Origin: Clostridia bacterium
GTDB taxonomy: Bacteria; Bacillota; Clostridia; Christensenellales; UBA1242
Assembly: GCA_041663585.1 (NCBI GenBank)
Contig: JBAYMN010000005.1
Location: 1 to 50,675, forward strand
Reading direction: 5' to 3'
Length of the DNA stretch: 50,675 nt
Made by a program: the position numbers and the translations under genes. Positions 38,368 through 48,814 of the stretch are shown here, one piece after another (the first letter of the stretch is position 1; the number at the start of each line of letters is the position of its first letter). The notes below the pieces were generated by a model. The model saw only the letters and a program-made list of their open reading frames with translations, was not told where the DNA came from and did no database searches.

Positions 38368-39132
38368 ATGCAAAAGTTTAAAGAAATTATTGAGTTGTGT
38401 AAAAAAATGTTGTTTCCTCCACACATTAAATGCATATTTTGCGGTGCAGAAATTGATAGTACAGATAAGCACTCCACTTGCGAAAAATGCCTGAAAACTT
38501 TACCTTTGAATACCGGCAAAGTGTGTACTCGTTGCGGACACCCAGTTTATGGCGCTTCCCAATATTGTCTTGACTGTAAAGGCGTTCCTTGTGATTATGA
38601 ATATGCTCGCGCTCCTTTTATTTACGAAGAACAAATAAAGCAGATTATACATAAATTTAAATATGCTGATGCGCGGTATTTATCTTATGCTCTATCGGCA
38701 TACTTGGCAGATGAATATATTTTAAATGGATTTAATTGTGATGTATGTATAGCAGTTCCACTTGCAGACAAAAGGCTTAAACAAAGGGGTTACAATCAGG
38801 CAGATTTGCTTGCACTAGATTTTACCAAACATATTTCTATACCGGTACTAGACAAGGTGCTGATAAGAATAAAAGAAACTTTGCCACAAGCAAAACAATC
38901 AGGTAAAAATCGTGCGGAAAATTTAGCAGGTGCTTTTAAAGTAATTGATAAAAAAAGAATTAAAGGGAAAAACATACTGCTTATTGATGATATTTATACT
39001 ACTGGTACAACGGTTAAGGAATGTTCAAAAGTCTTGGTTAATGGTGGCGCAAAAGCAATATATGTATTAACCGTGGCGCATACCGCTAAGGAAATTGTTT
39101 ATGATGCACCTGTAACCGAAAAATTTGGTTAA
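38368..39132 (+). CDS. comFC: ComF-family protein (ComFC-like; Zn-finger plus phosphoribosyltransferase fold)
   Basis: N-terminal CxxC x2 (CIFCGAE...CEKC, CTRCGH...CLDC). PRTase motif LLIDDIYTTGTT. Confidence 0.8.
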   Translation: MQKFKEIIELCKKMLFPPHIKCIFCGAEIDSTDKHSTCEKCLKTLPLNTGKVCTRCGHPVYGASQYCLDCKGVPCDYEYARAPFIYEEQIKQIIHKFKYADARYLSYALSAYLADEYILNGFNCDVCIAVPLADKRLKQRGYNQADLLALDFTKHISIPVLDKVLIRIKETLPQAKQSGKNRAENLAGAFKVIDKKRIKGKNILLIDDIYTTGTTVKECSKVLVNGGAKAIYVLTVAHTAKEIVYDAPVTEKFG

Positions 39133-39233
39133 ACATTTGCTTTTTTCAATTAGATTATATATTATATAAAATATATGGTGGCACATTATAAATTAATTGT
39201 GCACATTATACAAAAAATAACTAGGGGGCGCCT

Positions 39234-39620
39234 ATGACAAGTAAGCAAATTCCTATAAGCCTATCATGTATTGTTTATTACACTTTATTACAAAATAACA
39301 ATAAAGCAATTACCGTCGAATACATAGAAAAATTAGTGCAAACATTAAATGAAAAATTTAAAATTAAAAATTTAAATTATGAACTATGTGTAAATAGTGA
39401 GGATATTGCAAAAATGGTTAATTCATCATTATATGCAGATTTTTTTAACAAAAAAATCAAACTTCTTACCGAAGCAACACTTGCAAACGGATTAAAAAAA
39501 CTAAAAAATCTGGTTCAAAATATTCTCACAGACGAAATAAAAAAATTAATTGATGAATCCATGCAAGAATTGGCTAAACAAAAAATTTCCGAAGAGCAAA
39601 AGGAGCCTGAAATTCGTTAG
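39234..39620 (+). CDS. Hypothetical protein (128 aa)
   Basis: RBS GGGGGCGCC before the ATG. Preceded by a direct repeat, gcacattata x2. Confidence 0.4.
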   Translation: MTSKQIPISLSCIVYYTLLQNNNKAITVEYIEKLVQTLNEKFKIKNLNYELCVNSEDIAKMVNSSLYADFFNKKIKLLTEATLANGLKKLKNLVQNILTDEIKKLIDESMQELAKQKISEEQKEPEIR

Positions 39621-39634
39621 ATTTTCAGTATGCT

Positions 39635-40378
39635 ATGCACAGAAAAATTTTAACCGCTAATATATTAAAAATAATCGGAATAATCAGTATGGTGATAGAC
39701 CATATTGGTTTAGTGTTTTTTTCCGAAATAATACTTTTTAGAATTATAGGAAGGCTTGCTTTTCCTATTTTTGCATTTGCAGTAGCGGAAGGGTATAGTA
39801 AAACACATAGCAAGGCAAAGTATGCCTTAAGAATGCTAATTTTTGCACTTATATCAACTTATCCATTTTTGTTAATTGCACCTGATGGTCTTACGCTAAA
39901 CATTATGTACACTTTTTTATTGAGTATTGGGGTGATGTATTTGTATGATAAATTACAGCAGGCAAAAGCGGATCATAATACGAATTCAGTAGAGCCAAAA
40001 AGCATAGGTTCACAAAACATACTTTTATATTCTGTGGCTTTTTATGGTGCTCTAATTTTTGTTATTGCATTTACTATAACTGTACCTACTGACTATTACT
40101 TTTATGGTGTGTTTAGTGTTCTTATTTTTTATGTATATAGAGGTAGTTTTTTAAAGCAAGCATTATATTTTAGTGTAATAACAATAGGCTTTTGTTTAGT
40201 TACCATAGTTCCAGAACAAAGTTTTATGTTAAATATATTACAATGTTTTAGTCTTTTAAGTTTGCCAATTTTATATTTCTATAATGGCAAACGCGGTAAA
40301 TTAAATTTAAAATATTTGTTTTACATTTTTTATCCATTACAATTTATTGTTTTATATATAGTTAAAATTTTAATATAA
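39635..40378 (+). CDS. TraX-family membrane protein
   Basis: LKIIGIISMVIDHIGLVFF is typical of TraX family N-termini. Multiple TM helices. Confidence 0.55.
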   Translation: MHRKILTANILKIIGIISMVIDHIGLVFFSEIILFRIIGRLAFPIFAFAVAEGYSKTHSKAKYALRMLIFALISTYPFLLIAPDGLTLNIMYTFLLSIGVMYLYDKLQQAKADHNTNSVEPKSIGSQNILLYSVAFYGALIFVIAFTITVPTDYYFYGVFSVLIFYVYRGSFLKQALYFSVITIGFCLVTIVPEQSFMLNILQCFSLLSLPILYFYNGKRGKLNLKYLFYIFYPLQFIVLYIVKILI

Positions 40379-40510
40379 AAATCGGCATATTTTTTAAGAT
40401 ACCAGCCCGCAATTTAATTATGGATAGTCTAAAAAAGTTTACAAACGAGATATTATCGGCTATACTTAATCGTTTATAGCATCATTAATGTTTAATACTG
40501 GGAGAAAGAA

Positions 40511-43216
40511 ATGGGATTAGTTTCATATTTTGCAAATTTAGATAATCGTAGAAATTTAAAAAAATTGGAAGTTATAGCCGAAAAAGTAGAGGCATTAGCA
40601 TCTGTTTACGCTTTAAAAAGTGATGAGGAATTAAAAAAAACTACAAATATTTTAAAGGATAGGCTAGTTAGTGGCGAAACGCTTAATGATATTCTACCCG
40701 ATGCTTATGCTCTTGTGCGTGAATCATCAGCCAGAGTTCTTAATATGAGACATTTTCATGCGCAAATACTAGGCGGTATTGCACTTCATCAAGGTAGAAT
40801 TGCTGAAATGCGAACGGGCGAAGGTAAAACACTTGTTGCAACTATGCCTGCTTATTTAAATGCATTAACGGGAAAAGGGGTTCATGTTGTTACGGTTAAT
40901 GATTACTTAGCAAGGCGTGATGCTGAATGGATGGGAAAAGTCTATACATTTTTAGGGTTGACAGTAGGTATTACACTGCCTAACACAAATCCTGAACAAA
41001 AACGTAATGCTTATATGGCAGATATTACATACGGCACAAATAACGAATATGGTTTTGATTATTTGCGTGATAATATGGTTTTGCAAAAAAAACAAAAAGT
41101 ACAACGACCGCTTAACTTTGGTATTGTAGATGAAGTAGATAACATTTTAATTGATGAGGCCCGCACGCCTTTAATAATAAGTGGCAGAGGTATGAAATCA
41201 AGTGAGCAATATACTCTTGCACAGAAATTTGTAAGCACATTAAAAAAAGAAACAGATACAGAAATTGATGAAGAAAAGCACACAATACATCTTTCTGATG
41301 AAGGTATGACACTGGCTGAACGCTTTTATAAAATTGAAAGTTTATCTGATGTAGAAAATATGGAAACTGATCACCATATTAGAAATGCTTTAATTGCAAA
41401 TTTTATGAGACAGCGAGATATTGATTATATTGTAAAAAATGAAGAAGTGATTATTGTTGATGAATTTACTGGTAGATTAATGCCGGGTAGGCGATATAGT
41501 GATGGTCTGCACCAAGCGATAGAAGCAAAAGAAAATGTTAAAACAAAAGATGAAAACAAAACAATTGCCACAATTACATTTCAAAATTATTTTAGAATGT
41601 ACTCTAAGTTAAGCGGTATGACCGGTACCGCAAAAACAGAAGAGGGCGAATTTAACAAAATTTATAATTTAGATGTTATTGAAATACCTACTAATAAGCC
41701 AATGATTAGATACGATATGACTGATATGATTTTTACCACAAGGCATAGCAAATTAAAGGCAATAGTTAATGATATAAAAGAAAGATATGAAAACGGACAA
41801 CCTGTACTTGTCGGCACTATTACCATTGAAAAATCCGAAGAATTATCTAAACTATTAAAATTTGAAGGCATTCCACACAGTGTCTTAAATGCTAAAAATC
41901 ACGAAAGAGAATCTGAAATTGTTGCTCAGGCAGGCAGGTATAAAGCAGTTACAATTGCCACAAATATGGCTGGCCGTGGTACGGATATTCTTTTGGGCGG
42001 TAATCCCGAGTTTTTGGCTAAACAAAAAATGCGTGAAATGCTCATTTCCGAAGATATAATTCACGAGGCAACAGCGTATAATGATGGCGGAAACGAACAA
42101 GTTATAGAAACCCGTATAAAGTTTAAAGACTTTTTACAAGAGTGTAAAGTTATTACTGATTTAGAAAAAGAAAAGGTAATAGCACTCGGCGGACTTCACA
42201 TTATAGGTACCGAAAGACATGAAAGTAGGCGTATAGACAATCAGTTACGCGGTCGTGCCGGTAGACAGGGCGACCCAGGTTCTTCAATATTTTATATTTC
42301 GCTTGAAGATGATTTGGCTAGGATTTTTGGTGGCGAAAAACTAAAATCGCTTGCCCAATTATTTAACCACGATGATGATGAGCCATTTCAAATACCAATG
42401 ATGGCAAGACAAATTGAAGTTGCACAAAAACGAATTGAGCAACAACACTTTGTAGCCCGTAAATATACGCTGGAATATGATGATGTTATGAATAAACAGC
42501 GTGAAATAATTTACGGTGAAAGAAATAAAGTGCTTGATGGTGTAGATGTTCATCAGCAAATTTTAGATATTATTCCCGAACTAGTTGAAGATATTGTGTA
42601 TAGTCATTTGGATTCAAATAAAATTTACAGTGAATGGAATTTAGAAGAATTAAATAAAGCACTTGAACAAAAGTTATATATGCCGGATACTAATTTTATC
42701 ACACTTGAAAAAATTGAAGGTTTTGAACCTAGTGATGTAGCAAATTTGATTACCGATGACTTAGTTAACGGTTACAATAAAAAAGTTTCCGAAGCCAAAG
42801 TGCTTGGTGTTCCTTTTGATGCTATTGAACGCGATATAATGTTAAAAGTAGTTGATAAAAACTGGATGGACCACATAGATGAAATGGCAATATTAAGTCG
42901 TGAAATTGTACTGCAACAATACGGACAACGCGATCCAGTTGTAGAGTATAAACGCGAAGGCTTTAAAATGTTTGATGAGATGATAAGCCGAATAAGAGAG
43001 ACACTTGCGATTATATTATTAAAAGCAAACATACAATTTGGTCCAAACACACAGCAAATGCCACACAAAATAGTTCCATCTAATACTATTGCGGTACCTG
43101 CTAGTTCAGTAAAAGTATCAGGACCAATAAAATCTAGTAAACAAATTGGAAGAAATGAACAATGCCCTTGCGGAAGTGGCAAAAAATACAAAAACTGCTG
43201 TGGAAAATCCGAATAA
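40511..43216 (+). CDS. secA: Preprotein translocase ATPase SecA
   Basis: Full-length family match including the C-terminal zinc-binding CPCGSGKKYKNCCG. Confidence 0.95.
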   Translation: MGLVSYFANLDNRRNLKKLEVIAEKVEALASVYALKSDEELKKTTNILKDRLVSGETLNDILPDAYALVRESSARVLNMRHFHAQILGGIALHQGRIAEMRTGEGKTLVATMPAYLNALTGKGVHVVTVNDYLARRDAEWMGKVYTFLGLTVGITLPNTNPEQKRNAYMADITYGTNNEYGFDYLRDNMVLQKKQKVQRPLNFGIVDEVDNILIDEARTPLIISGRGMKSSEQYTLAQKFVSTLKKETDTEIDEEKHTIHLSDEGMTLAERFYKIESLSDVENMETDHHIRNALIANFMRQRDIDYIVKNEEVIIVDEFTGRLMPGRRYSDGLHQAIEAKENVKTKDENKTIATITFQNYFRMYSKLSGMTGTAKTEEGEFNKIYNLDVIEIPTNKPMIRYDMTDMIFTTRHSKLKAIVNDIKERYENGQPVLVGTITIEKSEELSKLLKFEGIPHSVLNAKNHERESEIVAQAGRYKAVTIATNMAGRGTDILLGGNPEFLAKQKMREMLISEDIIHEATAYNDGGNEQVIETRIKFKDFLQECKVITDLEKEKVIALGGLHIIGTERHESRRIDNQLRGRAGRQGDPGSSIFYISLEDDLARIFGGEKLKSLAQLFNHDDDEPFQIPMMARQIEVAQKRIEQQHFVARKYTLEYDDVMNKQREIIYGERNKVLDGVDVHQQILDIIPELVEDIVYSHLDSNKIYSEWNLEELNKALEQKLYMPDTNFITLEKIEGFEPSDVANLITDDLVNGYNKKVSEAKVLGVPFDAIERDIMLKVVDKNWMDHIDEMAILSREIVLQQYGQRDPVVEYKREGFKMFDEMISRIRETLAIILLKANIQFGPNTQQMPHKIVPSNTIAVPASSVKVSGPIKSSKQIGRNEQCPCGSGKKYKNCCGKSE

Positions 43217-43238
43217 TTAGTAAATTTAAGGAGAAATT

Positions 43239-44340
43239 ATGATTTTATTATCTGACAGACGAGAGCAATTATTTGACATTAACAAAAAATTAAAAATGCT
43301 CTCGGACTCTCTTTGACTTAAATAATTTAAAAAATAAATTAAGTGAACTTAAAAAAGTTCAAGAAGTGGAAAATTTTTGGCAAGATAAAGCACACGCACA
43401 AAATATTACTAAACAAATTAAAGTCATAGAAAATAAGTTGCATGCAGTAGAAAATCTAAAAGCAAGTGCATCGGATTTAGCCGTTCTTATTGATTTATGT
43501 GAAAGCGAACAAGATAACGCACTACAATTAGAAATTGCCGAAGAATTTAATAAATTAGAAGATTTGTTAGGTAAAATGTGGTTACAAACTTTACTTAACG
43601 GTAAATATGATTTAAATAATGCAATTATGACCTTACACGCAGGTGCAGGTGGAACCGAAGCGCAGGATTGGGCAGAAATGTTATATAGAATGTACACGCG
43701 TTACGCCGAGCGTAAGGGCTATACAGTGTTATTAATGGATATTATTTACGGACAAGATGCCGGTATTAAAAGTGTTACATTTATGGTATCCGGCGAATAC
43801 GCATATGGTTATTTAAAAACAGAAAAGGGTGTTCATAGATTAGTTAGAATATCTCCATTTGATGCAGGTGGCAGTAGGCATACTTCGTTTTCATCTGTCG
43901 AAGTTATGCCCGAAATTATTGAAAATACACAAATAGAAATAAAACCCGAAGATTTACGAATAGATACTTATCATAGCGGTGGTGCCGGCGGACAAAATGT
44001 TAATAAAACAGATAGTGCAGTTAGAATTACGCACTTGCCCACAAATACAGTAGCGCAGTGTCAAAACGAACGGTCGCAATTACAAAATAAGGCGATGGCA
44101 ATGTGTATGCTTATTAGTAAACTTACAGAATTAAAAGAACGAGAAGAAGAAGAAAAGTTATTGCAAATTCAAGGACAACTTAAAAAAATTGAATGGGGGA
44201 GTCAAATTAGATCATATGTATTTTGTCCGTATACAATGGTTAAAGATCACCGAACAAATTACGAGACTAGCGATGTGCAAGGCATAATGGACGGTGATTT
44301 AGAAAATTTTATTATTGAGTATTTAAAAAAGTCAGTTTAG
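43239..44340 (+). CDS. prfB: Peptide chain release factor 2, with programmed +1 frameshift
   Basis: Frame 0 reads MILLSDRREQLFDINKKLKMLSDSL, then UGA at 43314-43316. After the +1 slip on CUU UGA C the reading continues DLNNLKNKLSELKKVQEVENFWQD..., with the SPF and GGQ motifs. Confidence 0.9.
43305..43320 (+). promoter_or_regulatory. prfB autoregulatory frameshift site CUU-UGA-C
   Basis: ctcggactctCTTTGACtta read directly. Confidence 0.85.
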
Positions 44341-44371
44341 TATTATAATAAATAAACGGAGATTTAAGATA

Positions 44372-45391
44372 GTGGCAGAGTTAAAAGATATAATAATATT
44401 AGGTATAGAAACTTCTTGTGATGAAACAAGTGCGGCAGTTATAAAAAATGGGCGTGAAGTGCTTTCTAACATTGTGTCGTCTCAAATTGAAATTCATAAA
44501 AGATTTGGTGGTGTTGTTCCAGAAATCGCTTCCCGCAACCACATTTTAGCAATTACTAATGTAGTTGATGAAGCGGTTAAACTGGCAAATATAAAACTTA
44601 AAGATATTACCGCAATTGCTGTTACTTATGGGGCTGGGCTTATTGGTGCGTTGCTTGTCGGGGTTAGTTATGCAAAGGCACTTTCTTATGTATTAAATAT
44701 TCCGCTTATAAAAGTTAGCCATATTAAAGGGCATATAGCCGCAAACTATATAGGAAATAATGATTTCATACCACCTTGCATTTGTTTAGTAGTAAGTGGC
44801 GGACATACTGCTATACTAAAATTGGAAGATGATATTAACCATAAATATATTGGTGGAACGCTAGATGATGCAATAGGCGAGTCGTTTGACAAAGTGGCTC
44901 GTGCTTTATCGCTTTCATATCCAGGCGGACCAATAATAGATAAATATGCGAAAAATGGCACTGCAAATATTACTTTTACTAAAAAGAATGAATTAAAAAA
45001 TTCTTATAATATTAGTTACAGCGGGCTAAAAACCGCAGTTATAAATTACATTAACACCAAGGAGCAAAAAGGCGAAGAAATTAATTTACCTGATATTTGT
45101 GCTTCCTTTGAAACCGAAGCAATTGATGGGCTTATAGACAAATGTATGCGCGCTTGTAAAGAATATAAGATTAATAAAATGTGTGTTGCCGGCGGAGTTG
45201 CTGCAAATTCATATTTAAGGCAAAAACTTACAGAAGATTGTAAGGAACGCAATATAAAATTGTTTATTCCGCAAATGAGCCTTTGCACTGATAATGCGGC
45301 AATGATAGCGGTGGCGGGCTATTATAATTATATAAATGGAGTTAATACGGCGGATCTCAATTTAAACGCAGTTTCTACAATTAAATTATAA
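44372..45391 (+). CDS. tsaD: tRNA N6-adenosine threonylcarbamoyltransferase TsaD
   Basis: GIETSCDETSAAV. Kae1/TsaD family. GTG start. Confidence 0.85.
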   Translation: MAELKDIIILGIETSCDETSAAVIKNGREVLSNIVSSQIEIHKRFGGVVPEIASRNHILAITNVVDEAVKLANIKLKDITAIAVTYGAGLIGALLVGVSYAKALSYVLNIPLIKVSHIKGHIAANYIGNNDFIPPCICLVVSGGHTAILKLEDDINHKYIGGTLDDAIGESFDKVARALSLSYPGGPIIDKYAKNGTANITFTKKNELKNSYNISYSGLKTAVINYINTKEQKGEEINLPDICASFETEAIDGLIDKCMRACKEYKINKMCVAGGVAANSYLRQKLTEDCKERNIKLFIPQMSLCTDNAAMIAVAGYYNYINGVNTADLNLNAVSTIKL

Positions 45392-45460
45392 AAACCTAAA
45401 AATCTATTGAATTTAACTTACTTTTATAATACAATTATATATAAATATAAGGAGCGCAAG

Positions 45461-45865
45461 ATGGAAAGAACTTATGTTATGTTAAAGCCTGATGCATACG
45501 AGCGTCGTTTAATAGGCGAAATTATTTCTAGAATTGAAAGAAAAAACTTTAAAATTACCGATATAAAAATGCTTAATCTTAATAAAGCAATGTTGGCTAA
45601 ACATTATGCCCATCTAGTTAATAAGCCATTTTATTCAGCACTAGAAAAATTTATGATGTCTGGTCCAGTAGTGGCTATGATTGTAGAAGGCGAAAATGTA
45701 GTGCAAGGCATTAGAAATTTAATGGGTGCAACTAAATGGTTAGAAGCGATTCAAGGTACAATCCGTGGCGATTATGCAAATAATACAACAGAAAATCTCA
45801 TTCATGGTTCAGACAGCATAGAAAACGCCGAAATAGAAATTGAAAGATTTTTTGGCAGTAAATAA
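45461..45865 (+). CDS. ndk: Nucleoside diphosphate kinase
   Basis: MERTYVMLKPDAYERRLIGEIISRIE... Start moved to the ATG behind AAGGAG. Confidence 0.9.
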   Translation: MERTYVMLKPDAYERRLIGEIISRIERKNFKITDIKMLNLNKAMLAKHYAHLVNKPFYSALEKFMMSGPVVAMIVEGENVVQGIRNLMGATKWLEAIQGTIRGDYANNTTENLIHGSDSIENAEIEIERFFGSK

Positions 45866-45909
45866 AAAATAAAATAAAGCAAGATGATAGATTATAATAT
45901 TAAATAAAA

Positions 45910-45945
45910 ATACCGCTTAGTGTTTCGCCAAGCGGTTATTTTATT
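45910..45945. terminator. Bidirectional terminator, accgctt...aagcggt
   Basis: Stem 45912-45918 / 45931-45937, flanked by A/T runs. Between ndk and the convergent rplI. Confidence 0.55.
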
Positions 45946-45956
45946 TAATTATTCAA

Positions 45957-46403
45957 TTAATTAAACGGAACAATATTTACAATAAAATTTGTAGTAACAT
46001 CTTGATATAGTTTTACTTCTATTTTATATTGACCTACATTTTTAATTGGGGTTTCAAGAATTATTTTCTTTTTATCTATTTCAAAGCCTTGTTTATTAAG
46101 CATTTCGGCGATTTCTTTGCTAGTTATTGAACCGAACATCTTGCCTTTTTCGCCGGCTTTTATTTTTAATTCAATAGTCAGCCCTTTTATCTTTTTACTA
46201 AGTTCAAATGCTGCCTCTTTTTCGGTATTTTTTTTGAATAATTCGGCGTTTTTCTGCCCATTTAAAGAATTTACCGCACTGTTAGTTGCGATTTCTGCTA
46301 ATTTTTTTGGAAAAAGGAAATTACGAGCATAACCATCACTTACATTTAATATTTGCCCTTTTTTGCCCGAACCTTTTACATCTTGTAAAAAAATAACTTT
46401 CAT
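45957..46403 (-). CDS. rplI: 50S ribosomal protein L9
   Basis: [32 protein letters not shown]. Confidence 0.9.
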   Translation of the reverse strand: MKVIFLQDVKGSGKKGQILNVSDGYARNFLFPKKLAEIATNSAVNSLNGQKNAELFKKNTEKEAAFELSKKIKGLTIELKIKAGEKGKMFGSITSKEIAEMLNKQGFEIDKKKIILETPIKNVGQYKIEVKLYQDVTTNFIVNIVPFN

Positions 46404-46525
46404 AATTATCTCCTAAAATATGGATAACTTAATACAATAATACCTTAAATCACTAAAAAATGCAAACGAATACATATTTTGTTTTAAGGCAATACTAAGT
46501 ATAAAATAAAACTAAGGAAATCAAT

Positions 46526-46828
46526 ATGAATTTAAAATGTAAAGAAATGCGGTGTAAATATAATCATAATTTTTATTGCACTGCAAAAAATGTAAATATA
46601 ACTGAGAAAACATATTGTGCTACTTTTGATGATAGTGGCAAAATTAAAAAATATGCTAACCATATTTTTGAAGAAAAAGCAGAAGCAGATTTAGTACCAA
46701 ATTCACATAAAGTAAAAGTGTTATGCTCGGCTGAATGTATTTTTAATAGTGGCGGGCACTGTATAGCAAACGGAATTACTGTAATGCAAGAAAAACACCC
46801 GCTATGTCAAACATTTTTAGTAAAATAG
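46526..46828 (+). CDS. DUF1540-family small Cys-rich protein (two C...C...C half-repeats)
   Basis: CKEMRCKYNHNFYCTA ... CSAECIFNSGGHCIA. Confidence 0.5.
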   Translation: MNLKCKEMRCKYNHNFYCTAKNVNITEKTYCATFDDSGKIKKYANHIFEEKAEADLVPNSHKVKVLCSAECIFNSGGHCIANGITVMQEKHPLCQTFLVK

Positions 46829-46940
46829 TATTTCAATGTACTATGTTAAAAAAACACAAATCATACGGACTTTGTACAGAAAATGTTACAAATTTAATTT
46901 CTGGCATTAAATTAAAGCACATAATTTATTTGATTATCAC

Positions 46941-47456
46941 TTACATGTGATCAAATTTAACAAGCATTTTTTCTAGGTTTTGTATGTGTAATTCCTCGTC
47001 AAGTATAATGCGTTCTAAAAGTTTTTTTACTTGCATGTTGTTTGTCATTTCTATGCTTTGGCGATAGCCTTTTATTCCAGCCTTTTCTCCTTGAATGTTC
47101 ATCATAATTATCATTTTAGGATTTTTTATGTATTTTAAATATAAAGCAGTCCAAGGTCTACCGCGTGATGATGTAAATACAGGATCGCCACCTAAATTTA
47201 CTATTGCTTCGCCCAGCATTTCAAAGTGTTTCATCTCCACTAATGCTATACCTTTTAGAACCTCAGATAGTTCTTCATGCTCACCAGTAACCAAATGCTG
47301 ATAAATATATTGGTTAATGCCCGTTAGTTCGCTATCTTGCCCAGCAAAATCATTAAGTAGCATTCGGGCTGTACGCAAATCCATTGTTGGCGATATTTCG
47401 GGGTATGGTAAATCAACAGTATATTTAATCATCATATCATTATGTAAATTATCCAT
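46941..47456 (-). CDS. Ferritin-like / manganese-catalase-family protein (CotJC-like)
   Basis: ExxH di-metal motifs (LVEMKHFEMLGEAI; ILDEELHIQNLEKM). No cotJA/cotJB partner upstream. Confidence 0.45.
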   Translation of the reverse strand: MDNLHNDMMIKYTVDLPYPEISPTMDLRTARMLLNDFAGQDSELTGINQYIYQHLVTGEHEELSEVLKGIALVEMKHFEMLGEAIVNLGGDPVFTSSRGRPWTALYLKYIKNPKMIIMMNIQGEKAGIKGYRQSIEMTNNMQVKKLLERIILDEELHIQNLEKMLVKFDHM

Positions 47457-47573
47457 AATTACTCCTTTTAAACATTATCGTTTATATACTTTATAGATAT
47501 GATATAAACAAAAAGAATGTTCGCATAGTTTGTTGCGGACATTCTTAAAATTTAGACTAAAAACATATTATAT

Positions 47574-48650
47574 TTATTTTTCTTCTTCTTTCGTGTCTTT
47601 TTCAGGGTGTTTTTTTGCTTCGGCCTGTTGCTTTAAATATTCGCGGTGGTAATAAGCCTTATATTCTTTTCCGAATTTTTCTGCTAAAAAATTGTACCAT
47701 TCGTCGCAATAATCAACTGTGTCGCGATCATTCATAATAGAAAGTTCGGATTCGTAGCATACTAAACTATTAAATACAAGCATTCTGCTTGACATAAGAT
47801 TAAATGTACCAGCGTTCATAAGACTACCCATCATTCCCAAAAGACCAAAAGCAGACATTACTGCTAAATTTTTATTTTCCTTTTTTATATCTTTACATGT
47901 TACTATAATGCAAGGCTTTTTATATAACCCTGTACGCCAAAGTGGATATGGAGCATCAATTATTTCCAAATTAAATTTTTGTAAAAATTCTTCAATATCA
48001 TCTCTAAAAATTCTTTCTACAAAACTTCTTTTATTTACTATATTTAACATTTCAGTTTGAAAAGTTTCACGGTTATCTGTAAGTATCTTCATTTTTGCCA
48101 CAAAATCAATATTTTTTTGTGAATCAATGTAAAACCTAACAAGCCCACCTTTTCCAAATTTTTTTACTAATTGTTCATAAACATTATCTAATAATTCTTG
48201 TTTTGTAAAAGTTGGAAAGTTTTGTACTGAATAATCCCACGCTCTGCTTAGAGATGTTGTAACATTGTTGTCTTTGTCGGCATCGCAAACAATTTTGCCA
48301 TAAATAGTATAAGGCCCTCTATTAAGTGAAGTAGAGTGATCTTCACAGGCCTCCGCCATAATCTCCATTTGTTCTTCGGAAAACCAATCTCTTAATTTTT
48401 CATCTTTAAGTAATAGTTCGGCGGAATGTATAGCGTGATGTTCTCTTTCAACGCTTATGCCTAAATCATGGTATGCGGCTATAACGAATACCATATTTGG
48501 ATCAATATTCTCATCGTTTAAATATTCGTAGTATTCTAGGCTACGTTTTATTACTTCTTTAATATGTCTTATATCATGTCCTTTGTCAAAGTCTTTATAT
48601 TTGGGCAAAATTTCATTTGTAATATAATCTTTAATTTCATTATTTATCAT
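47574..48650 (-). CDS. HD-domain phosphohydrolase with C-terminal domain of unknown function
   Basis: HDIRHIKEV ... AAYHDLG ... DADKD. Start moved to MINNEIKDY behind GGGAG. Confidence 0.6.
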   Translation of the reverse strand: MINNEIKDYITNEILPKYKDFDKGHDIRHIKEVIKRSLEYYEYLNDENIDPNMVFVIAAYHDLGISVEREHHAIHSAELLLKDEKLRDWFSEEQMEIMAEACEDHSTSLNRGPYTIYGKIVCDADKDNNVTTSLSRAWDYSVQNFPTFTKQELLDNVYEQLVKKFGKGGLVRFYIDSQKNIDFVAKMKILTDNRETFQTEMLNIVNKRSFVERIFRDDIEEFLQKFNLEIIDAPYPLWRTGLYKKPCIIVTCKDIKKENKNLAVMSAFGLLGMMGSLMNAGTFNLMSSRMLVFNSLVCYESELSIMNDRDTVDYCDEWYNFLAEKFGKEYKAYYHREYLKQQAEAKKHPEKDTKEEEK

Positions 48651-48814
48651 ATTTATGCTCCCAAAAATAATTATATTATATTTTCTATTAATATATTTTA
48701 TCATAATTATTATAATTTTGCAATACTCTGTTTATAGTCTTATAATTAATAGTATTCAAAGATTAGAATAAATACATATTGTAGGCTAATAATAGATATA
48801 GCGGAGGATTATTT

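Noticed and set aside
41059-43191. Several 66-139 aa minus-strand ORFs within secA
   Set aside because: Antisense to an unambiguous, full-length SecA.
43366-44340. Track ORF for RF2 starting at an internal Met
   Set aside because: The true gene starts at 43239 and requires the +1 frameshift. The internal-Met model loses 42 N-terminal residues.
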